A stretch of 11,084 nucleotides of DNA from NCBI GenBank assembly GCA_016839585.1, contig JAEOTZ010000048.1, positions 1 to 11,084 of the forward strand, in the 5' to 3' direction. How positions within the stretch are numbered: the stretch's first letter is position 1; each line of letters opens with the position of its first letter. Below the pieces are notes generated by a model. The model worked only from the letters and a program-made list of their open reading frames with translations, was not told where the DNA came from and made no database searches. The position numbers and the translations under genes were made by a program. The DNA is from Promethearchaeota archaeon (GTDB lineage: Archaea; Asgardarchaeota; Lokiarchaeia; Sigyniarchaeales; SOKP01). This document shows, piece by piece, positions 1 through 6,143 of this stretch.

Positions 1-763
1 AGCCAGAAATATCAGGTAAAATTATATCTAATAGGATTAACCTTGGAGTGCTTGTCCTCAATTCCTCTATTCCCTTCGTTCCACTTACTACCCCTTTACA
101 GGTATAGCTTTTACTTTCAAAATAGCTGGTTAACAGCCTGATTGTGGCTAAATCATCTTCAATTAATAGGATATCATATTGAGTTTGAACTTCCTCTACC
201 TTAATTTTATCGAGAATGTTAATGATTTTATTTTCAAGAAGCATGCTTTGGTCAAATATATTTTTAATAGTTGATAAGACATCCTCTTCTAATTCGTCTT
301 TATAATTTTCAAGAAGTAGTTGACTAAATCCCTTAATACTGGTCAAAGGTTCCTTTAATGCATGTGAAATATTAGCAATTGTTTTTTCATCCATTTTATG
401 TATACCTGAGCTTATTAAGTTCGTTTTTTGCTCAATAAAATGATCAACACTATCTCTAATTAGCTTCGAAATAGTAGTATAATTATGATCTCTTATAAAT
501 TCTTGCCATTTCTCTTTTGTATCCTCAGCTACATATAAAGAAATTCTCTCCTTATCCCTATCGTAGATTTTTTCGCCTTTCAACCATTTTTTAAACCCTT
601 CAGTTATCTTTTCTTGCCAAATTGCGTATTTACCTGTCTCATCTTCATATTTTTTCATCAATTTATTAGCTTTTTCACTTTTCAAATCAAGTTTGGCAAT
701 TTCTTCATCGGACATTATCTGTTTGTTGTTATTTCCTTCCTCATTCTTTGAAATATGGCTCAT
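1..763 (-). CDS. Partial CDS (C-terminus runs off the window): signal-transduction protein with N-terminal 'ETGKYAIW' module + RHH-like domain + HisKA(DHp)-like bundle + receiver (REC) domain; paralogue of 988..1827
   Basis: Missing from the ORF track because it has no stop in the window. Manual translation from ATG at 763: MSHISKNEEGNNNKQIMSDEEIAKLDLKSEKANKLMKKYEDETGKYAIWQEKITEGFKKWLKGEKIYDRDKERISLYVAEDTKEKWQEFIRDHNYTTISKLIRDSVDHFIEQK...NISHALKEPLTSIKGFSQLLLENYK...YDILLIEDDLATIRLLTSYFESKSYTCKGVVSGTKGIEELRTSTPRLILLDIILPDISG. Open for 254 codons. H-box His at 362-364; REC acidic pocket EDD and phosphoacceptor LLD are visible. Confidence 0.9.
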   Translation of the reverse strand, partial: MSHISKNEEGNNNKQIMSDEEIAKLDLKSEKANKLMKKYEDETGKYAIWQEKITEGFKKWLKGEKIYDRDKERISLYVAEDTKEKWQEFIRDHNYTTISKLIRDSVDHFIEQKTNLISSGIHKMDEKTIANISHALKEPLTSIKGFSQLLLENYKDELEEDVLSTIKNIFDQSMLLENKIINILDKIKVEEVQTQYDILLIEDDLATIRLLTSYFESKSYTCKGVVSGTKGIEELRTSTPRLILLDIILPDISG

Positions 764-987
764 CTCTTAGTCGTATAATTTAATCCTTTCAGAATTACAG
801 GATTTAATTCATCAGTCTATGACTTATGTGGTAAATTATTCCAAATTTTTTTTATAAAAATTATATTTTACAGTATTTTCTTTATCATTTTTATTAATTT
901 TTTATCTCTTATTAAATCTTTTTGACTATAATGTTAATTTGACGTGATCAAACAATTTTAAAAAAGAAGGAATTCAATTTAGAAATT

Positions 988-1827
988 TCAATTTTTCACT
1001 TTCTTATCGTTTAAAAGAGTAAATATTGGTTCAAAATCTGAGAAATTAAACGGTTTTAAAATGTATCCATTAGCCTTTCCTAAATTTTTTTCTACTTCAG
1101 ATGCAGCTATCGCGGTTAGGAAATAAACAGGAATATCCTTATATTCATTATCAGATTTAATTGTTTCACAGATTTTATATCCATCCAAATCGGGTAAAAT
1201 TATGTCTAATAATATTAGTTTTGGAATTGCATTACCCAATTCTTCTAATCCTTTAGAACCACTCACAATCCCCTTGCATCTAAAACCTCTGCTTTCAAAG
1301 ATCTGCTTTATTAATCGAATTGTAGCAAGATCATCTTCAATTAATAAAACATCGTATTCTGTTTCTACTTTAATATTATCTAGAAAGCTAATAATCTTAT
1401 TTTCAAGAAGTATACTCTGGTCAAAAATATTTTTTACAGTATCTAATATATGATCGTTCAATTTATCCTTATAATTCTCAAGAAGCAATTGTGAATATCC
1501 TTTTATTGATGTTAGCGGCTCTTTTAAGGCGTGTGAAATGTTAAATACTTTAAGAGAACCAATTTTAAATAAATCACTTTCATACTGATCCTTTTTGGAT
1601 TCTATAAAGAATTCTACAGCTTTCCTTATTAATTTAGAAATTGTTGGAGTCTCATTATTTTTTATATACTTTAACCATTTTTCCTTTGTATCCTCTGATA
1701 CATATAACGATATTCGCTCCTTATCCCGTAGATAGATTTTATCTCCTTTTAACCACTTCTTGAATCCTTCTGTTACAAGTCCCCGCCAAACTGCATATTT
1801 TCCTGTGCCTTTTTCATATTGGCTCAT
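988..1827 (-). CDS. Response-regulator-like protein: 'GKYAVW' module + RHH-like domain + HisKA(DHp)-like bundle + C-terminal REC domain, no HATPase domain. True start is probably upstream, at ATT 1950
   Basis: H-box-like ISHALKEPLTSIKGYSQLL (His at 1531-1533). Complete REC signature: LLIEDD, LILLDIILPDLDG, IPVYFLTA, YILKPF. RHH-like pattern RISLYVSEDTKEKW...TISKLIRKAVEFFIE (1600-1716). Collinear with the 1..763 paralogue. Confidence 0.9.
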   Translation of the reverse strand: MSQYEKGTGKYAVWRGLVTEGFKKWLKGDKIYLRDKERISLYVSEDTKEKWLKYIKNNETPTISKLIRKAVEFFIESKKDQYESDLFKIGSLKVFNISHALKEPLTSIKGYSQLLLENYKDKLNDHILDTVKNIFDQSILLENKIISFLDNIKVETEYDVLLIEDDLATIRLIKQIFESRGFRCKGIVSGSKGLEELGNAIPKLILLDIILPDLDGYKICETIKSDNEYKDIPVYFLTAIAASEVEKNLGKANGYILKPFNFSDFEPIFTLLNDKKVKN

Positions 1828-1956
1828 TAATTCTTTGATTTTATCACTATTTAAATCTATGATTTCCTCATTTATCTTAATATTTTCATCTATATTACTA
1901 TTATTTGGCTTTTCCGTTGCTTTCCGTGTATCTTTCTCGTTATTATTAATTAAAAA

Positions 1957-1964
1957 CTCACCTT
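1957..1964 (-). promoter_or_regulatory. Shine-Dalgarno-like AAGGTGAG, 6 nt upstream of an in-frame ATT (1950-1948) of the REC gene
   Basis: The minus strand reads AAGGTGAG-TTTTTA-ATT AAT AAT AAC GAG. GGTGA is the typical archaeal SD core, and the frame is open from here to the stop at 988. Confidence 0.6.
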
Positions 1965-2013
1965 AAAAGAAGAGGTAGTTAGTTTTATTACCACAAGTGA
2001 TTTTTTTTTAAAC

Positions 2014-2030
2014 ACTTTTATAATAAAAGT
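2014..2030. promoter_or_regulatory. Perfect 8-bp inverted repeat ACTTTTAT-A-ATAAAAGT containing a TATA-like TTATAAAA (minus strand) upstream of the REC gene
   Basis: Read directly from the sequence, about 65 bp upstream of the proposed ATT start. The AT-rich context lowers its significance. Confidence 0.35.
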
Positions 2031-2164
2031 TGCCTTTTTTAAGTTTTTACACAAACAAAATAGTTAGAAACAATATTATAAAACAAGGTTTAGTTTATAT
2101 TAAAAAAAGCTATGAAATAAAGTTTAAAAAAACATGAAGTTAGAAACTAATTGCTATAACGGAC

Positions 2165-2533
2165 TTAATCGCCTTCTAATTTACTTCCACAATGAGAACA
2201 AAATTCAGAATCTAACGCAAATAATTTTTTCCCACATATTGGACAAAAGCTTGACACTGCTGAATCTTCTTGAGGTTGAATTTTTACCTCCTTTTGAGAC
2301 AATTCTTTCCTTTTTTTACGATAATACATAGAATCTTCGATTACTTCAACAAAAAAGGCAATTATACCACCTACTATTAAAAAAATAATTCCACCAACAA
2401 ATAAATAAACATTTTTCAATAGAAAAAAATTCCAGATAAGAACCAGTATAAAGAATATTATAAGTATACCAATAATTCCAGTAATTATATGCTTTGCTTT
2501 TACCTTTTCAGAATTTTTCATTTTTAAAACCAA
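2165..2533 (-). CDS. Small membrane protein (2 TM helices) with C-terminal zinc ribbon
   Basis: Two hydrophobic stretches (IITGIIGILIIFFILVLIWNFFLL; VYLFVGGIIFLIVGGIIAFFV), a basic linker, then CPICG...FCSHCGSKL. Start is TTG 2533 or ATG 2521. Confidence 0.8.
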   Translation of the reverse strand: MVLKMKNSEKVKAKHIITGIIGILIIFFILVLIWNFFLLKNVYLFVGGIIFLIVGGIIAFFVEVIEDSMYYRKKRKELSQKEVKIQPQEDSAVSSFCPICGKKLFALDSEFCSHCGSKLEGD

Positions 2534-2684
2534 TTATGATTTCTTCTCTAAAAATACAATAATATAAATATATATTTAAATGTAATAAATAAATTATAAA
2601 GATTCAATTACAGCTTAATTTACTTTTATTAAAAGAGAAAAACTAATAATATTAATTTTAATAGATAAGTTAGGGTTTAATAAT

Positions 2685-3332
2685 TTGAAATTTGAAGTTT
2701 TAAAGGAAAGTGATATTAATCGACTAGCACGTGATTCACATTGGGTAGGGCTAGGAACTAAGAAGGATCCTTATGTTATTGACTCAAAAGAGTTTTTGCC
2801 AGTTCGGTTTCGTATAAAAAATAGCAAATTACATATTCTTATAAGAAATTGTAAATTTGAGTTTATTTCTTTGTGGAGATCGCAAAACATAACGATACAG
2901 GATTGCTCATGTGATATTTACTTTCATTATTGCCATGAAATTCACATTGAAAATTGTAATATTCCTACGTTTAGTTTCGATTATTGCTATAATAATGTCC
3001 TTAAAAATTGTACAATAGATTATATTGATAACCAGTTTAGTAGAGGAAATCTTTTTGAAGGTATTCAAACTTCTGAGGATTACAAGAGGATTATAATTGA
3101 GGGCGGAACATTAGAAGGGGCCTATAAAATATTTTTTAGAATAATTCCAGTGATATTATTAATAGCCATAACTTACCTTATTACCCAAGATTTTATTAGA
3201 GAAAACCTTCTCTTGTTAATTTTATCATTTGTAGGGGTGCTAATGTTATTTATCACTTACTTATTTATTATTATTCACTATTACAAAAATAAAAGGCGCA
3301 TATCTAAATATCCTTTAAATTCAATTAAGTAA
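2685..3332 (+). CDS. Putative right-handed beta-helix (pectin-lyase-fold-like) repeat protein with two C-terminal TM helices
   Basis: GxGTxxDPYxI motif (GLGTKKDPYVI) followed by I-x-I-x-N/D-C-type repeats (ILIRNC, ITIQDC, IHIENC, NVLKNC) and two hydrophobic C-terminal segments. TTG start. Confidence 0.7.
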   Translation: MKFEVLKESDINRLARDSHWVGLGTKKDPYVIDSKEFLPVRFRIKNSKLHILIRNCKFEFISLWRSQNITIQDCSCDIYFHYCHEIHIENCNIPTFSFDYCYNNVLKNCTIDYIDNQFSRGNLFEGIQTSEDYKRIIIEGGTLEGAYKIFFRIIPVILLIAITYLITQDFIRENLLLLILSFVGVLMLFITYLFIIIHYYKNKRRISKYPLNSIK

Positions 3333-3565
3333 TCTACTATATTTGTTATCAAAAAATTATAATTTGCACATATCACATTTATTTTTATAAAAAATTGCTT
3401 AACGATCTATGATTTTATGTCGGGAATTGAAATATAGTTCTCGAAATTTTCATGAAAACTATGATGTAGGTAATATTCTATTTTTAAAATATCTGTAACT
3501 AAAATAAAATATAAATTTACACTTAAAAAAAAATTTTAAAGCATTATTGAAAAAAAAATTTGTTC

Positions 3566-3596
3566 TGTTGTAAAGCACAAAAAATTTTTTACAACA
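3566..3596. promoter_or_regulatory. Perfect 9-bp inverted repeat TGTTGTAAA-N13-TTTACAACA just upstream of the putative tfb TATA box; candidate operator
   Basis: Arms at 3566-3574 and 3588-3596, read directly from the sequence. The repeat ends 6 bp before TTTAAATA. Confidence 0.5.
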
Positions 3597-3602
3597 ATAA
3601 CA

Positions 3603-3610
3603 TTTAAATA
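3603..3610 (+). promoter_or_regulatory. Putative archaeal TATA box (TTTAAATA) for tfb
   Basis: Matches the TTTAWATA consensus and is preceded by an A-rich BRE-like stretch. It would imply a leader of about 145 nt. An SD-like AAGGT lies just upstream of the tfb ATG. Confidence 0.4.
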
Positions 3611-3635
3611 CTAGAAAGTTAAATTATATTATATA

Positions 3636-3670
3636 TTTGGACACAAAAAAATTTATGATTGTGTGCCAAA
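3636..3670 (+). repeat. Imperfect inverted repeat/hairpin TTTGGACACAA-N12-TTGTGT(G)CCAAA in the putative tfb 5' leader
   Basis: 11-bp stem with a single bulged G at 3665. Confidence 0.45.
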
Positions 3671-3778
3671 AATTTCAGTCAGTCTCTTGTGTGTGTAGGA
3701 AATATTAATCTCTTAATAAAAAATAACAACAAATATTTAATGTATTTGATCTAATAATTAGGGTTAAGGTAAGAGTTT

Positions 3779-4669
3779 ATGGTTGTAGAAATAAAACCTC
3801 AGGCGTCCTTTTGTCCAGAGTGTGGGGGTGGCACGATCTCAGTCCATCAGAGAGGGGAGATAGTATGTCGGCAATGCGGCTTGGTTATAGCAGAAAAAGA
3901 AGTAGATATTTCCCATAGCGGAATAAGGGCGTATTCTAAGCAAGAAAAAGACAAAAAAGAAAGAACTGGATGTCCAATTTCGATTTTGATGCCAGATATA
4001 GGCTTAAGTACGATTATCGATCGATCAAAAATTAAGAATCCAGATTTAAGGCGAGCAGCGAAGTGGAATACGCACTTATCATGGGAAAAGCGGAATATGC
4101 TTATTGCGATAACTGAGTTAAAAAGAATTGGTGGGAATTTAAATTTTCCAGAGCGTGTAAAAAAAGCAGCTGTTCGATTATATAAGGAAGTGTTTAAGAA
4201 GAATTTATTACGCGGAAGGTCTATTAATGGTATGATCGCGGCATGTGCATATTTTGTATGTAAGCAAGAAAGGGTTCCGATAACTCTTCAAGAAATTTTA
4301 GATGAGGCATCTATTAATGATAATATTGTAAAGAAATGCTATAAAATTTTAGTAAGAGAATTGAACTTAAAATCTCCTCATGTTGATCCAGTTTCGCTTA
4401 TTCCAAGGTTTTGTGCCGACTTAGGGTTAGACATCAATATAGAAAAGGAAGCAATTAAAATATTGAAGAACTTTATTGAGAGGACATCGATTTGCGGTAA
4501 AGATCCGAAAGGTTTATGCGCTGGAGCGATATATTTGGTTGCCAAACTTAAAAATCATAAGGTTAGTCAGAAGGATATTTCAAAAATTATCGGTGTTACA
4601 GAAGTAACATTACGTTCAAGGTATAAAGAGCTTTTAAAAAATATTAGTTTTACTTTTCAGGCATCCTAA
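3779..4669 (+). CDS. tfb: Transcription initiation factor IIB (TFB), probable paralogue with divergent B-reader
   Basis: N-terminal Zn ribbon CPECG...GEIVCRQCGLVI, ERTG motif, two cyclin repeats (LLRGRSI..., GKDPKGLCAGAIY) and C-terminal HTH VTEVTLRSRYKEL. Confidence 0.97.
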   Translation: MVVEIKPQASFCPECGGGTISVHQRGEIVCRQCGLVIAEKEVDISHSGIRAYSKQEKDKKERTGCPISILMPDIGLSTIIDRSKIKNPDLRRAAKWNTHLSWEKRNMLIAITELKRIGGNLNFPERVKKAAVRLYKEVFKKNLLRGRSINGMIAACAYFVCKQERVPITLQEILDEASINDNIVKKCYKILVRELNLKSPHVDPVSLIPRFCADLGLDINIEKEAIKILKNFIERTSICGKDPKGLCAGAIYLVAKLKNHKVSQKDISKIIGVTEVTLRSRYKELLKNISFTFQAS

Positions 4670-4682
4670 TTTATTTTTTCTT
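4670..4682 (+). terminator. T-rich tract immediately after the tfb stop; possible archaeal intrinsic terminator
   Basis: TTTATTTTTTCTT follows the TAA, in a 36-bp gap between convergent genes. Confidence 0.3.
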
Positions 4683-4705
4683 AAGTTAGATTTCTTCAGA
4701 ATGAT

Positions 4706-6037
4706 CTAAAAACCTTCTTCAGATGGGATGCTATACTTTCTACATATTTCTAAATATTGTTCTTTTGGGAGAGAATTTGGATACATATTGATTAAACTTA
4801 AATTCGGAGGGAATAAATTAAAATCTTTAATTTCAGAAATGGGATTATTATTTAGTTTCAACCATTCTAGATTAGATAATTTATTAAGACCTTTAAGTTC
4901 AGTTATGAGATTGTCATTCAGCTCTAAATGCATTAAATTTATGAGCTTTTCGAGCCCTTTTATTTCAATAATTTGATTTCCATTTAAATAAAGTTCTTTT
5001 AAATTTATTAAATTCTCAAATCCTTTTATCTCTGAAATGAGGTTGTTGTTTAAATCAAGTCTTCTTAAATTAGTTAGTTTTTCAAGTCCTTTTATTTCAG
5101 TTATCTGATTCCCATGTAAATAAAGTTCTTCCAATTTTGATAAATTTTCAAGGCTATTAATTTCTCTTATTTTATTCTTACTCAAATGTAAAATGCGCAC
5201 AGTTTTAAGTTTATTAAATCCTTCTATTTCATTGATATCTCCTATATCCTTGTTAATAATTGCTAAAACTGTATTATAAACTTTAAATGTTTGACCTTTG
5301 TACAAAACTCTCTCGATTATGAGAGGAGGATATATTTTAGTGAGATCAGGATATTTTTCTTTTATCCAAATTTTAAAATCATCAGTTATAATCCGATTTT
5401 GAATTGCAGGTTTGCGAGTTTCAGTCTCAAAACGTTTCATTTCTGGAGGTTTTTCAGGATAATACCAAATCTCTTTTTTGGGGCGAATTTCATCATATTC
5501 TAGATTATGTAAAATAATGAATCCAACACTATCTTTAATTAATTGAGTAAATGTAAAATAATCATATTCTCGCATAAATTTTTGCCATTTAGATTTCATT
5601 TCTTTGGAGATTATTGTATGAACATTTGGCTTGTCTCTATCGTAAATTTCCTCACCTAATAACCACTTTTTAAAACCTTCGGTTATTTTATCTTGCCAAA
5701 TAGCATATTTTCCTGTTTCATTTTCGAACATTTTAATTAATGACTTAACCTTTTCACTATTCAAATCAATATTGGCAATTTCTTTTTCAGTCATGATGTG
5801 AAATTTTTCTCTTTTGCTATTTAGAATTGAAGCTGATTTCTCTTTGATAAAATAATAAACAGAATTACTAATTAATTTAGAAATAGATGGGTAATTATGA
5901 GTTTTAATAAAATTTCGCCATTTTATATGTGTTTCATTTGTTATTTGAGCCGAAATCATCATATTATTAGAATCATAAAGGATATTATCACTTATCCAAA
6001 TTCTTGATCTATTAGATTTTTTTGGTTTTTCTTTCAT
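4706..6037 (-). CDS. Leucine-rich repeat (SDS22-like) protein with N-terminal tandem RHH-like domains and 'ETGKYAIW' modules
   Basis: C-terminal 22-aa LRRs (IKGLEKLTNLRRLDLNNNLISE etc.). The N-terminal half is homologous to the N-termini of the two REC proteins (ETGKYAIWQDKITEGFKKWLLGEEIYDRDK; KWRNFIKTHNYPSISKLISNSVYYFI). Confidence 0.9.
   Translation of the reverse strand: MKEKPKKSNRSRIWISDNILYDSNNMMISAQITNETHIKWRNFIKTHNYPSISKLISNSVYYFIKEKSASILNSKREKFHIMTEKEIANIDLNSEKVKSLIKMFENETGKYAIWQDKITEGFKKWLLGEEIYDRDKPNVHTIISKEMKSKWQKFMREYDYFTFTQLIKDSVGFIILHNLEYDEIRPKKEIWYYPEKPPEMKRFETETRKPAIQNRIITDDFKIWIKEKYPDLTKIYPPLIIERVLYKGQTFKVYNTVLAIINKDIGDINEIEGFNKLKTVRILHLSKNKIREINSLENLSKLEELYLHGNQITEIKGLEKLTNLRRLDLNNNLISEIKGFENLINLKELYLNGNQIIEIKGLEKLINLMHLELNDNLITELKGLNKLSNLEWLKLNNNPISEIKDFNLFPPNLSLINMYPNSLPKEQYLEICRKYSIPSEEGF
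4832..5227 (-). repeat. Six 66-bp coding repeats (22-aa LRR units)
   Basis: 396 bp = 6 x 66, with consensus IxGLxxLxxLxxLxLxxNxIxE. Confidence 0.85.
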
Positions 6038-6143
6038 TCTGGTTTCATCTTTAATTAAAATATCATATTACATATTTAAATTTTAACTCTTTTAAGTTTC
6101 TATAAGAGATCTGAATTAAAACTGTGAAATATAACATGGAAAT

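Noticed and set aside
1202-1453. 83-aa plus-strand ORF
   Set aside because: Antisense shadow of the REC gene with no recognisable motifs.
988-1827. Calling the REC genes hybrid sensor histidine kinases
   Set aside because: No N, G1, F or G2 boxes (HATPase_c) and no sensor domain; the DHp joins REC directly.
1760-1966. 68-aa hydrophobic plus-strand ORF
   Set aside because: Antisense to the Lys/Glu/Asn-rich N-terminus of the REC gene; its hydrophobicity is the expected reverse-complement artefact.
2134-2331. 65-aa plus-strand ORF
   Set aside because: Overlaps the better-supported zinc-ribbon gene on the opposite strand.
4832-5227. 66-bp periodicity as a CRISPR array
   Set aside because: The repeats are degenerate, in-frame LRR codons with no identical repeat/unique spacer structure and no cas genes.
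4728-5503. Plus-strand ORFs 4728..4976 and 5291..5503
   Set aside because: Antisense to the LRR gene with no independent evidence.
551-5719. Similar ~90-bp segments as a diversity-generating retroelement template/variable pair or recent gene conversion
   Set aside because: Differences are mostly synonymous third-position changes of all types rather than adenine-specific, all copies are coding, and there is no reverse transcriptase in the window.
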